A DNA stretch of 64,000 nucleotides from Octopus sinensis (taxonomy: Eukaryota): contig NC_043000.1 in the NCBI RefSeq assembly GCF_006345805.1, forward strand, positions 52,948,001 to 53,012,000. The letters run 5' to 3'. Below, piece after piece: positions 1-13,610 of this stretch; within the stretch, counting starts at the first letter, position 1; each line of letters opens with the position of its first letter. A program made the position numbers and the translations under genes. The notes under the pieces were generated by a model. It saw only the letters and a program-made list of their open reading frames with translations. It searched no databases and was not told the DNA's origin.

Positions 1-490
1 TTAATCTAATACAGATTTAGATCAAATTAACTGGCATTTTAAAGGTTTCTGCAAGTATTTTCCAACTGGAAACTTGTCGAGGCACCAATGTTGGATTCCA
101 TTCCTCTTTGACAATAACACAAACATCATATTGTACCCAAGTCTGATAAAATAAATGTTCTACTTAATCAGAAAATCAATGAATTTAATATAATTTTTCA
201 ATGGCATTTATATGAGATTATTGCATTTCATTTTGTTTATTCTATTTATGAACTTATTTTAATTGTGAGTATTTGGAATAAAGATTAGATTGTTACTAAA
301 TATATATTTCTATTAAATACAGTATCTGAAAATAAGATAATATGCTTAAATATTTGAAATTTATCAAAATTGGTATCATGGGCTTTCAAAGGTGAAATAC
401 CCGTCATTAGTGTATAATTTTAAAATGGTTTTGTATTGAAACAACGAAAGAATGAGGAAATATTTTCATAAAGCACACACACACACACAA

Positions 491-540
<50 letters not shown>

Positions 541-1262
541 TCATATATATATATACTCGCACCATACACTAAATAAAGTATGCAAAATAAAGAATAAACA
601 AAATGTGCGGTAAAGTAAGTACAGAATAAAAATTGTGGATATAAAATTATAAATATCAACACAGCAAATATTTTAAAACAGACAATGAATTGCAAAAATA
701 ACTTGAAAGTATTACATTAATTGTGAATTTGTAATTTTATTCTGTGATGTGTAGCTATTTAAATCTAAAATTGTTCAAACAGCACATGTATTTCACGCAA
801 CAAAGATATTTATTCCACTGGCGTTTGTGAGATCTAAAGAGACATGATAGCAGCTTGTTACAACATAAGATTATCCAAACATAATGAATGCGATTTCTTC
901 ATGACTAGCAGTCGGTGTCTAGTGAAGATTAGCGTTTTGATAGTAGGAGATGTCGATAATTTGTGAACGACTTATTTAAAGTTTTGCGCTGAAATAATAA
1001 GTAAAATAATTATATTTACTTTCCATATATAATTTAAAGTTTTCAAGCAGCGTCAATGTTCTTGAATATTTATATATTTTTTATACTTCTGACATCTGTT
1101 AATTGGAATAACAGAAACTATATCTATATTTCTAACGAATTGAATCATAGGTATGCATCGCCATGGCATACCAGCAACTAGTTCTTGCACTATATATACA
1201 GCTATAGACTGGCGATTCGAATCGTCACCGTTTCGCTTCAGATAGGTAATATTAATAGCCTC

Positions 1263-1311
1263 AAAATGGCGAAATATCTAAGTCCATCACTCCTAAATTC
1301 CAACGGAAGTG
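1263..1311 (+). promoter_or_regulatory. Possible core-promoter motif pair (YY1-like AAAATGGCG and ETS-like CGGAAGTG)
   Basis: Both motifs occur within 50 bp. This pairing is typical of metazoan housekeeping promoters. No linked gene was identified. Confidence 0.2.
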
Positions 1312-1765
1312 AGTTGTTTTGCCTGTCTATAACTTTCTTGCGCTTATAACATTCAGTCTTATGAAAACATCGTCTCCCAAGTATTATTCCGCAGTCAACC
1401 GGTGAACACATGAAACATATACATTGAGGGTGTGTAGTCGATAATGTTTACATCTATATTTCTATTTTCAGGTAACGTAAGAGATATAGGTACTTGGTGC
1501 TGGTGTAGACGTAAAGTGCTTAAATGGAGTGACGTCGGTAAAAAGATTGCCAATGGATAAATATCACGGTTAATGTATAGAGACAACAGAGTTGACGTAC
1601 GAGAGATGGTATGGCAGTTCAAAGGTGAAGTTTAGTTAAAATATACGAAGAATACAAGGTTCGAAGTGTCGAATACAAACAAAGGTGAAGCAAAGAGGAA
1701 GGTGTCGTTATGTAAATATGAGTAGTTTAGAGATATGTAATAAGTTATTATCAATCTAGTGCATC

Positions 1766-1769
<4 letters not shown>

Positions 1770-1807
<38 letters not shown>

Positions 1808-1927
1808 AACTACTTTGGAGGTTAAAAACAATAACATTCTGTTGTGAAGTAATTCTAACCCTCTAACATCGAAATTAAATTTCCAGGTTATTGCAGCAAT
1901 TACGTTATCATTATCAAAAACGAAAAA

Positions 1928-1996
<69 letters not shown>

Positions 1997-2015
1997 CATA
2001 GAGAGACAGAGAGAG

Positions 2016-2064
<49 letters not shown>

Positions 2065-2090
2065 GTTTGTGTGTGTGTGTGTGTGTGTGA
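1770..2090. repeat. Compound microsatellites (TA)n, (CA)n, (GA)n, (GT)n
   Basis: Directly visible dinucleotide arrays. They produce the spurious [15 protein letters not shown] segments. Confidence 0.95.
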
Positions 2091-2393
2091 GAAATAGCAT
2101 TTTCTGCAAATAGCGTTGCTTCAATAAAGTGGACATAGCTTATCAAAAAATTTGCAGGGCACACGTCACGTGACCAAGGTAGTTCAAACTGTGGAGGTAT
2201 TTGCTGAAGTTTGTAATATCGCAGTATTTCGGGTGCTGAAACTTTACATGCTACAATACGTCTGAGATTTGAAAGCCACGCAGATGAACGTGCCACTAAA
2301 TCTAAATCGCAAACTTCATGCTTTACCACTTCGAACTGGACATAGACGCCACTCAAGCAATCAAACACGCACATGCGCACTCACACATACGTT

Positions 2394-2458
<65 letters not shown>

Positions 2459-2963
2459 ATATGTATGTATAAAGCTGAAGTTGTCTGTGTGTGTGAGGCA
2501 GGTTTGGTAGCCGTTAACTAACATAATCTCCTTCGAGACCCTGCGGCGCAAGTTGACCAAAATTGACAGTATGATAGAAGAAGAATTGTTCTTCATTCCG
2601 TAGAAGAAAAGATTCAAATCGGACCACGTTAAGATGAAAAATTATTTATATCAAAAAGGTACTTCTTTTCTATGAAAATCCCTATTCTTTTACGATTTCT
2701 TGACTGCTGTGTCGCCATTTTTCGATTTATTTCAACCAGAAAAATGTTCACTTAAAGAAAATAACAAGCTACATCATGCAAAAGTTTTACTTTTCAAAAA
2801 TTCATATTCTAAAAGGTCGAAACAAACCCGACCAACACCGGGCTATACTGCTAGTTTATATCTATATATTTATGTATGTATTTATGCATGTATTATGTAT
2901 ATATATTAAGAACTCAAATATGGGCAAAAGTTTTAATCTCCTGCAAAATGTTTACCCTCTAAT

Positions 2964-2964
<1 letters not shown>

Positions 2965-3012
<48 letters not shown>

Positions 3013-3020
3013 TTATCTAT

Positions 3021-3061
<41 letters not shown>

Positions 3062-3270
3062 GCTTTCTATATATATGTATACAGGTATGCATGTGTTTGT
3101 GTATCTATATGTGTGTGAAAGTGCACCCGTGTGTGTATACATATATAAACATACAAGCATGTGTATGCATATTTATGTGTGCATGTATGTTTTGTGCGCT
3201 TGCATGTGCGTGTGTCTGTTTGCCTGTGTGTATGTGTGTGTATGTGTGTGTGCGTATGTGTGTGTGTGTG
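2965..3270. repeat. (CTAT)n tetranucleotide array followed by degenerate (GT/ATGT)n
   Basis: Directly visible. Confidence 0.95.
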
Positions 3271-5289
3271 TAGAGGGTACAACCTTGTTTTCTTTCTGGT
3301 GTGTTGCAGCAAAAATCTCATCAATTTTCAAGTTTGATTTTTCAATACGTCTTTTACTTATTTCCTTATGGGTTTGGTTTGAAACGCATACCCATTGAAT
3401 TGTAGTTTTGAGATATATACCATTTCAGTTTTATATCAGACTATAAGTATCTTATTAATATATCATGAACAATTCTTGAATAAATATTATTGCTATGCAT
3501 ACAAATGATGTTGTTTTCTATGTTGTCATGTATAATGCAATCAATATGAGTCACTCAAGAAAGTTTCATTAGCTGCTTCATCCTTTTGCACATTTAAATT
3601 ACTTTGAGTAGAGAAGCAGATGATAACTTTGGTTGGGCAGGGCACCAGAAAAAAAATCATAATGTTTTATAAACTGCATATGCTATCAGCTACTACATTG
3701 ACAGTTTCTAATATCAGGACGGTAGTGATAAAGATTTCGACATCTACATTGGAAATTCTACCATATTTCTTGGTTTTCTGCAGAATTCATGGAACTCATT
3801 AGATGATCGCATATTTCTTATCGTATGGTCGAATATTTTGGTGATTCTATTTTAGAGCGTGTTGATTTGCGAGATTGATTTTGGAGATGTTTATTGTGTT
3901 TCTTTCAACTTTGTTTCGTAAGTATTGGAAGTGTACGACCGTATTCGAGGGTATAGAATAAATTTTCTTATGTAAGTTTTAATTTAGGAGGTATTATCTT
4001 TCTTAAGTTTCCTAAAACTGTTTTAAACAAGTTACGTTTGTTTTTTTTTTATATTTTCAAGGTACTTCCTTACCCATAATAACTAACATGCTGTGTTTAT
4101 AAACGATATTTTCATTACTTTCCTCTTCTTGTAAAGTTAGCAAGCAGTTCATTCCATACCTGTAATTGTTGTGTATGTGAGAATGATTGTCGATGTTTAT
4201 CAGATAGTCTCAAAATGCAGTAGAGTATATGGAATTCAAAGTTTTAGTTATTGTCATGTTATTTCCGCTTAACGTGAAAGTTAGGACCGTATATGTGTCG
4301 TGAGAATCACATACTGTATTAAATGCATTAATGTGTTTCAGTTTGACCCTTATCGTTCCTAAATCGACATTCAAACTCTCTGTTTGAAATGTCCCCATTC
4401 GTAACTTAGTATTTCAGTATCTTTATCAGAAGATGGCTCTGGAACTTTCTGTTATATTTTTTATTATTTTTGTGTGTTATATTCAGTTTGCAAATGTGTC
4501 GTTTAGGGAGATAAAGATGAGGAGACGATCGTTTGTTTTTGTGCCTTAATATTATTGTACATGTATGAGAAGCTAAATTGCATGTACAGAGGCAGAATGG
4601 AGAAAAGAAAGCGTTAAGAAATTAATAAATTTAGGAACACTAACTGAATGCAGAAATCAAAGAAATTCTTTTAAAAAAAGATTGAATTCATAGTGTATAT
4701 TTCAAACTGAACAAAATTTTAAATAAATAAATGTGACCTATCCTTAATTTTAAAAAAAGGCGAATTCAAACAATATGTGTGTATGTGTGTGTATTTATAT
4801 GTATGTTTGTAATTATACAGGTGAACGCACAAATATAAGTGTGTACTTACGTATGCGTATGGTTATACATCAAAGAGACATCAAAGAGTATCGAGGTTTT
4901 ATAATGTTAGTTATACCACATTTTCATGAATAAAATCAACATAATGCTTTGCCATGTGTACTTTAGGATAATATTGTAGAAATATGTACAGGATTGTTCT
5001 TTTATTTTCAAATGTATATATTCCAAAGAAGCGAAAGACACACCGGTAGAATGTAGGCTGAAATATAATTTTACTTGTTGCAGAATTTTTTTACAAATGT
5101 TTGATTTTAAAGTGGCGTTGACTTGGCGTTTAGATAAGCTACAAATTAATATTGCCAGTTTCATTCGTTATATCAGTGACGTTAAAATATTCAGCATTTG
5201 TCAATATATCGGGTTAGTCAGACATTCCACTTGCTCTTTTTAAGCGTAAATAAGATAGAATTGTTATTGTTAAATACAAGGGCGTACAT

Positions 5290-6416
5290 TCAATCAATGA
5301 TTTAACTTTCTTTTCGTTCCCGTATTTTCTACAATCTTGTGGGCAGATGTGTTATTTCCTGCTCAAGGATTTCTAGTCGTTAGTGGCGGAAAACTCTTTC
5401 AGATGAATTTTGTATTCTTCAGAATTGAAAATATGTCCATTAAATGAATTATGTGGCGCACGTTTAGGCGAATATGGAAGTTGCGGAAAAAGGTCTCAGC
5501 CAAGCTCAAGTAACTTCTGCCACATCTGCAAAGAAATCTGCGCCTCGCTCTTGTGATGAATGATTAGCAAGCGTTACAAACTTCTGGTGGATCACTGCGT
5601 TTAATTTGTCCAGTTAGTGTCTACAGATACAAATTAGACGTCATGCCCGTGGAGGAAATAACTCTTAAATTGTTGAAACCACCCTTCCAAATGAAAGCCT
5701 TCTTGGAGCTTTGCAGATTGTTTTTAATGGTTCCCTGCACTTCTCCCTTAATCAATTGTGCATTGCACTTCACGTTGTTAGGTGATCAATTTTTCGTCTC
5801 TTGTTACAGTAGTTTTCAAAAAAGTTCCTTTTCTTCACATTTCTGCTACGAACGTTAGATGAAAATCCATTGGGCAAGCTTAGCCTCATTCAGCTCATGC
5901 GCAATCAAAACAGCGAGTCTTCTGAAGTAACTAAGTAGATGGAAATGGCTTACAAATACACCTCTGAATATGTGGGAAACATTTGCTATATTCCTGGTCG
6001 TATAAGAGATATTGATGTCACAGTTAATTTCACTTAACCGGTCAGAGCGAGGTGTATCTTCAGCCGAAATATTTCCCCACCTGTAATCTGGACAACATGT
6101 TCTGGCACACGCTTTACATAACAGTATCTGCTCCTTACACAGCACATATCCTCTTTTAGATTCCTGCTGGTTTCTTGCCTTTTAAAATATAAAAGCGTGT
6201 GGAGTCGATAATGTTGCTTTTGGTTCATCGTTTCCAGGGTGATCTGAATCATACAAACTTCGATTTGAATTATAAAAACTTAGCGTCGACTACGTTGCAG
6301 TGTCAAGTATCAAACGGTTTCGCATTCGCAAGTGGCATGTTGACGTTAGCTATATGTCAGAGGCCTTGAATTTTACGGTCAGCACAAAACGAACAAACAA
6401 TTTGGCCAACACAGTA
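5290..6416 (-). mobile_element. Decayed mariner DNA transposon, mellifera-subfamily-like, with transposase pseudogene
   Basis: The minus strand gives, with frameshifts and stops: MNQKQHYRLHTLLYF (cf. MENQKEHFRHILLFYF), GNISAEDTPRSDRLSE (cf. SLEDAPRSGRPSE), TTRNIA, AHELNE (cf. VPHEL), and QKLLELG*DLFPQLPYSPKRAP (cf. QKLLELGWDVLPHPPYSPDLAP). ATG at about 6228. A TIR-like sequence lies at about 6386-6416. Confidence 0.9.
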
Positions 6417-6549
6417 AAATAGTATTTATTTATAATTATGTACTGTAAATAACGTTTTATAAAATAATCGCGATTGTGTTTCAGTGCACGTTATGAGCTA
6501 TAGGTATTCAAAAGAAAATCTGCAAGATATCCGGTCAATAAATTCCTTA

Positions 6550-6700
6550 CTATATATCATCATCGCCCTCCTCCCCCGCTTCCGCCTCCTCCACCTCCTC
6601 CTGCTCATCACCATCTTCCTCTCCTCCTCCCCATCTTCCTCCTCCTCCTCCTCACCTTCCCCCCTCCTCCTCCTCCTCCTCCTCATCATCATCATTTTAT
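6550..6700. repeat. (CCT/CAT)n trinucleotide low-complexity tract
   Basis: Directly visible. Confidence 0.9.
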
Positions 6701-8520
6701 TTTTCTGTCAAGATTACATATTTCAGTATTGGACCACTTAATGATATTGAAACTGTAAGTCACCACTGGTATGGCTTCAGTACTGATCGCTTCGATCCTG
6801 TTTCTTGTATTCAGATCTGTCTTGAGTTTACATAAGTTTACATCCTTTTTTTACTCATTAGGGTATATTTTAATTTAAAATCAAAAAGCTAAATGTATAT
6901 TCAGTCAACACAAATGTTAGCATTTTATACATTGTTGTTAAGCAGGTTATGCCTCTAATTTCTTGGTTCGTTTGTTTCTTCCTTTTTTGGCAGTAGGAAT
7001 GTTACATCATTAACTAACGAAGAGGGAATTATACTATATTGTTACAAAACATTGTTGTACAGTTTTTATAGCAGTTCATGGCTCTCTGGGAAGTCATTCA
7101 GCCAGAAGTTAGGAATTTTATCCTCTCCTGGAGACTTCCATTTGCTTGACGTCCCGAGAGCAGTTCTTACATTCTCTAACTTGATACCCCACCACCACCA
7201 CATCTGCTCTTCTAAGGAATCTAAATCTGTAGATATTGTATCAATCCATGGGGCCCTTTGATTGTGTGTTTTTTTTTCTGCCCAAATTTTATACCAAAAT
7301 TCCTGCACCTCTTCTTTTGATGGAACAGACTATACTGTAATTGGTATTTTCCCTATCTTCCTGCAAAAATGTTTTGGGTTATTTTTTAATATGTTGTCCT
7401 TGACGAATCTAATGCGCTTTTCATGCATTGCTATGCGGGCAGCTTTAGCACATATTGTTTGATTGTTTCTATGGTGGCTTCGATGACAAATATGGTTTCT
7501 ATTTTATATTTTCCTATAATGTTTGGATTTTTGTTGGTTTGATTGTCTTGTAAAACTTCAGGTTTTTTAAACATCCTATGTCATACTTAAGTAGCTGAAT
7601 TTGGTGTTCAATTCGCTCCAGCCAAGTAGACGTTTTGTCTGCCACGTAGAATCGATGCGATTTTCGCTGATGCATAGTACATATATCCTTAAATGCAAGG
7701 CGGATTTTACCATTCATATTGGTTTCTTTAATTTTCAGCCATTTAATCATGATTTGAATTTTTAGATCATGTAGTCCTGTTGGGTGAATTTCTGTGTCAC
7801 TTTTTCCATTTATTTGATTTTCATTTTCCTTAGTATATATGGTTGTTTCAGAGTGTACTTCACTTTGCTTATCAGTTACATTAACTTTTTCAGTCATTAT
7901 TGCATTCTCAACATCCCTGGGCTGGTCTATGATTATTTCCTCTGCACTATCTTCTTTAGATAAAGTTTCGTTCCGTTGATCCCTTACTGATTGTTTAATT
8001 TGGTCAATCTCTAATTTATTTAGTAATTCTTTTTACATCATGTTTCTTCTGACGTTGGCACGTTTGTTACTGTCTTTGTAGGGGCTTACTTCAATGTGTT
8101 TCTGTCTCCAGTCTAAGTAAGTTTGTACAATATTAAATGTATTTGTTGGGGAAATATAAGTCATGATAGAAAGCCGTAAGAACTTCTTTATTATCTCCAA
8201 TAGACCATGTTTCATTTTTTTTCTTTCAGTTATTTGATGACGAGTATGGATGGCCATTTGTTTGAATATTCTTGTTGTCGAATACTTCCAGGTCCTTGTT
8301 CTGGGAAAATTTGAACCAATAACTGACGTTCCAATCTCGTTCAACATTCGATTACGCGATCTTTGGTGTTCCGGCTGATGACAAATCCGCATTGTAATTT
8401 TTAAATGAAGCATGACGAGCTTGGACGTTAACTTTAGGAGAAGGATCTGTCTTTTTAGGGTTAATGTTTTGACACAACACCGCCTCCGAGTTCTCTGCAT
8501 GTAAACGTAGCTTGTTAAGG
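6700..8520 (-). mobile_element. R4/Dong-clade non-LTR retrotransposon: 5' part of the ORF joined to a post-RT fragment (RT core deleted)
   Basis: N-terminal motifs (NKRANVRRNMM; WLERIEHQIQLLKYDIG), a pre-RT motif FWYKIW...HN.RAPWI...KWKSPGEDKIPNFWL, and at 6700-6830 IPVVTYSFNIIKW...LDRK, which matches the fragment at 56330-56450. Confidence 0.85.
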
Positions 8521-9094
8521 CTAACAGACCTGTATTCGACTGTATTTTTTGTTGATAGATTTATTTCCGGGCATAGTTTTTTCTGTTGTTTTTAAACTAA
8601 TGATTGTTCGCACTCTGTGTGTGAGTTCGAAAGAATAAAGAAATTGCTTTGTTTTGTGTTTTGTTTTATTTTTGTTTTGTTTGTGATACGTGTTTTCAAA
8701 TGTGTGTTTGTATGTCCAGTAAATTTCACGTAGTTGTGTAAACATTCAGATGTATACGTGGTCCTATGGGTATCAAAATGCATATATGATTGTGTAGACA
8801 TTCGAGTGTATGCATAATTACTCAATTTATGTACTTACTATTTTGTCACATTTATATTATCATTTGCAAACATTCCGGTGTTGATTTCGCGTGTGCATTT
8901 TGCTCATGTTTCACAGGGACATCGTGCATATGAGAATAATCGTTTTTGTGATTATTCTCGTTAAAAGACTATCGCCTTCAAGTCTTCCACAGCTTCCTTG
9001 ATCCCATTTCCCTGATGTTATTATATTACATTTGTTTTTGAATAGATAGGCCGGCGTAGCACATCCATGTTTTTATTAAGTGCAGAGCTATCAT

Positions 9095-9122
9095 ATTGTT
9101 ATTATTGTTATTATTATTATTA

Positions 9123-9167
<45 letters not shown>

Positions 9168-9245
9168 TATTATTATTATTATTATTATTATTGTTACAAT
9201 TGTTGTTGTTATTATTACCATAAGTATATGTATATGTATATATCA
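9095..9245. repeat. (ATT)n microsatellite
   Basis: Directly visible. Confidence 0.95.
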
Positions 9246-10597
9246 TGCATTATGTATTTGAACTACTAATTTCCTAATTAATATCCGATTGCCAGCAGCT
9301 TTAATATTCTCGGCGTGGACTTGAACTATAGAATGTTATGTTTAATATCTGGATATAGTTTTCTCTTCCACAAGGCTACTGTCGCATGTACTCATCCATT
9401 GATATGACACAAGGTGACACTGAATATCAAAACTGGTCAAACGTGTAGCTGAAGTTGTTGTAAATATAAACTCTAATGATGAGGTTAATGGTCCGGAAAA
9501 TTACAATCTTATTAACCACCAATGATCTTATTGAGATACATAGCACGGCGTGTTAGATGCTTAATATTTAACTTCCCAGATACTAAATTATAATCAAAAG
9601 AAATCATGAGATACTAATAGATGCGACTATTTTCAAAGGCAAATTACTAGTCATCCTCTTAATTATTATATGTTAAATAAAATCAAACTATTTATCAACT
9701 ACGATCAAAGAAATCAGCGTTATATTAACTATGGCTACAATACAGAAAAATATGTGTAATTAAAGTGGAGCAATTAACATTCGTCTATATACTATTGGTG
9801 GAAGATAAGTTCTACTAGAAACCGTGTTCAATGCATTGGTGTTTTCGTGTAGCATACACTATTATGACTTAATGAAGTCTTAGATCGACGATGGTTAATG
9901 TTGGTGACTTTATTTGCGCTACTTTAATCAAGATATATTCACTAAATCCTATCTCTGTCAATTATATTATAATTATTATGCTAATAAATCTAATTTTCTT
10001 TTACGTAATAGAATTCTCAGCGAAGATACATAAAATGTAGATCTCAATGTAGGACATGTAATCTGTAAATGTGATTTGAATTCACTCAGCCAAAAAATAT
10101 AATCAACATGAAGTTCCAATTCCACAGTTCCATTGGTCCATTGTAGTTCAATATCTATTACAATCTCAAAGAAATTAATTTAAATAGTATTTTCTATACA
10201 ATATAATATTTATATTGACTGTTTGTGTCTACAATACTATTTTATTTTAATTCATATGTATATTTGATCAAATGTATATGTAATGGCTGAAATATGCATG
10301 CATGATTGCTAAGCATTGTTCAGATTTAGGGTTCAATACACATAATGTGAAACGTAACTTATGAATAAAATATGCTCTTTGCTGTAGAAGTAAACATGCT
10401 AGATTTCAGTACGCCCGACTGAATATTTCAAATTATACTCAAGAATATTTAACCGAATTGTCTGTTACCAATACATATGGATGAATTTCTTACGATTTGC
10501 AAAGTACTATTGATATCCCTTCTTATTTCAAGTGTCCTTACTTTATGCGAATGATTTTAATTATCTTGTTTGTGGAATACTGCATTCTCTTGTACAA

Positions 10598-10631
<34 letters not shown>

Positions 10632-11299
10632 TAATAATAATAATATAATAATAATAATAACAATAATAATACCTTCTTTATACCCTCTCTTTGGATGTGG
10701 GTGCAATAAGCATCATTGAGCGTCACAATCAGATTCAGTAATTTATTTTACACATTTTTTCCGAAGTGTTATATTACTGATGGTCATCTTTCGATGACAA
10801 TTGTTTTCGAGCTACAGAGATTAGGTTAGCTACATATGCAGTAAAAAAAAAAAACAGGATGTTAAATAGAGGCAGAATGTGATGAGATCTCAGTACGTAT
10901 TATATCATAAGGAGGGAAAGATATTAAATGAGCAAGTTTACAAAATCCGTCGAGCGCTAATTAATGAATGTATGAAAATCGGAATTAAGGATGACATTTG
11001 TCTTTTCAAATAGCTTATTAAAATTCAGCTACATGATAAATTTTAAAAAAATATTTTGTTACGTTTATATATACTCTATGTTGATGCATATATTTAAAAA
11101 TGGCGATATATCCAATCAGAAACAGAGAACTCTAGCACAAATAATTACACATAAATTCATATACATACTTATATGATATATGTTAGAGAAGGTAAATTTA
11201 TTTGGCTATATTATCAGTATACGGGTGTAACTTATTTTTTTAATTTCTTACAACAGAAACAACAGAGCATAACTTAGACGAGGGCAGGAGGGGAATGGG

Positions 11300-11470
11300 C
11301 TGGAAGAGGAGTTAATCGACTATAACGCAATCACTACTTGGCTGGTGCTATATTTTAACTTTTCTGTAGGTTTGAAAGGCAAACTCATCCTTGTAAGGAT
11401 TAGATCAAAAGAGGTATACCGTTGGGACAAATACCACAAAGTATTTTGTGTGAATCCATTCGGCACATAC
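11300..11470 (-). mobile_element. Highly decayed SINE (family 2, same family as 55723-55940)
   Basis: The reverse complement resembles the family-2 core (gtcgactttgcctttcatcc...taagtaccag...gtcgatt). Confidence 0.4.
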
Positions 11471-11859
11471 ATTCTGCTCAGATTTTGTAGCGAATACGAA
11501 GTGGTGATGTATAGAACTTTAAATAAAGTGTCAGCAGAAATCGATCATATATATATACAGTTTAATAAGTTGAAGCAGTATCACATTGTAATAGCCATCA
11601 GTTGTAGCAATATTAGACTAAAATGCACATCTATACGTCATAATTCACGTATAAACTTTGTTGAAGGCAATATAGTGTGGTTTTGTCTGAGATGATATTC
11701 TTTATACAGGCAGCGTGTAAAAATTACGATGTATATGGAACGTGTGAAAATATGGTCCCATCAGCGAATAGAGAGAGCGTCAGATGCAACGATGAGCATT
11801 CCACAATCACATAATTTGACGAAGTGTATATCCATTCATATTTATTTACATGCACATAC

Positions 11860-11865
11860 ATATGC

Positions 11866-11914
<49 letters not shown>

Positions 11915-11918
11915 ACAG

Positions 11919-11964
<46 letters not shown>

Positions 11965-12026
11965 GTATGTGTTTATCTATCTATCACTCTATCCATCTTT
12001 CTATATATTATATATATATATATATA

Positions 12027-12080
<54 letters not shown>
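11860..12080. repeat. Compound (TA)n/(CA)n microsatellite
   Basis: Directly visible. Confidence 0.95.
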
Positions 12081-12084
<4 letters not shown>

Positions 12085-12406
12085 GCGGTGCGCAATCTTT
12101 ATCAGAGACCAGTAGCTGTGTTGTATTGTCTTTTCCGTGAGTGTCCATATTAGGTTGGTTAGAGTTGAGTTAAACCTTTTGTCTTTGCTTTGAAATACTG
12201 CAACGTTAGTAAGATTTTTTTTTTCGTTTATTTTTGTATACATAGTCTACGAATATTCAGGGACTTCAAAATGTACTTTGTGTAATACGATCGACTTTCG
12301 CTCTATAACGGTGTCTGACAGGTTATGCAGTTAGTCTTTCTAACCCGAACCAATTTGAATTGACACATATTTATATAGCCATCTCTCTCTCGCTATCGCA
12401 CTCACT

Positions 12407-12460
<54 letters not shown>

Positions 12461-12465
<5 letters not shown>

Positions 12466-13100
12466 AATAATGAAGGGTGAAATTAATTAATTTAGAATAA
12501 TTATCAATTACACCAAGTAGTCTTCGGCATGTAAAAGCCTCATTCGGGGAAAATTTAAGTAATACTAAGCAATAAAGGGTTTAGCAACGAATTGCCTTAC
12601 CACAGACCGAATTTAGAAATAGCAGTCAAAGAGTTATAGCTATTTCTTCTACTCAGTAGATGACCATAGCATCTTGTTTTGGCTACACGCGGGTGGGAAG
12701 GGGCTGGTGACACAATCCTTTCATTCACACTTTGAATTTGGTGATACTAGTTGCGGATTCTAGCTCGCTCTGATACTGAGTTGAGTTGGTGCCTCATTTA
12801 TGATTATAGTATTCTACGCTGAAGAGAAAAGAAGTTTGGGTAAGGTAGAATTATTTAACATTTAATTCTTATGCTTTCCTAAAAACTTGATTTCGAAACG
12901 TGCGTCCGTAGATAACTTAAAATTGTATGATAGATTGCCGTCAATTCATTCTCTCTTACCTGTTTGTGTCTGCCTTCCAATTGCTGTGTTTTTTACTGAG
13001 ATCTCCCTTTTTAGTAGAAGAAATAGCTATAACTCTTTGACTGCTATTTCTAAATTCGGTCTGTGGTAAGGCAATTCGTTGCTAAACCCTTTATTGCTTA

Positions 13101-13103
<3 letters not shown>
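12461..13103. mobile_element. Penelope pLTR-like module with a perfect 91-bp inverted repeat (12563-12653 / 13013-13103), embedded in (TA)n
   Basis: The arms are exact reverse complements, checked base by base, with a 359-bp spacer. The left flank 12461-12562 is homologous to 42025-42130 and carries a degenerate hammerhead-like motif on the minus strand. Confidence 0.75.
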
Positions 13104-13139
<36 letters not shown>

Positions 13140-13191
13140 AGTGTGTGTGTATGTATGTATACGCATATATATATATACACACATACATATT

Positions 13192-13247
<56 letters not shown>

Positions 13248-13424
13248 GAAGGTATTTATGTATATGTGTGTGTGTGTACAAATGAAAATGAAAATTCAGA
13301 TATAAAAACGATTGGAAATAAAAACAGGACGCAAAAATATCTGCTAAGCAGATATCTATATCTTACGGATTAAATGTTTTAGCGAAAAACTCCACTTAGC
13401 ACTAATTCAGTTGCTTTTATACGT

Positions 13425-13523
13425 ATGTATGTATGTATGTATGTAGTATGTATGTATGTATGTATGTATGTATGTATGTATGTATGCATGTATGTATGTA
13501 TGTATGAATGTATATATGTATAT

Positions 13524-13555
<32 letters not shown>

Positions 13556-13610
13556 ATATTATATATATATATATTATGTGTGTATATATATATATCGTGA
13601 GAGAGAGTGA
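13425..13610. repeat. (ATGT)n and (TA)n microsatellites
   Basis: Directly visible. Confidence 0.95.

Noticed and set aside
4210-4440. PKD/REJ-like motif SSDKDTEILSYEW followed by a beta-rich ORF on the minus strand
   Set aside because: The motif and the ORF are in different frames, the match is short, and no convincing splice sites support it.
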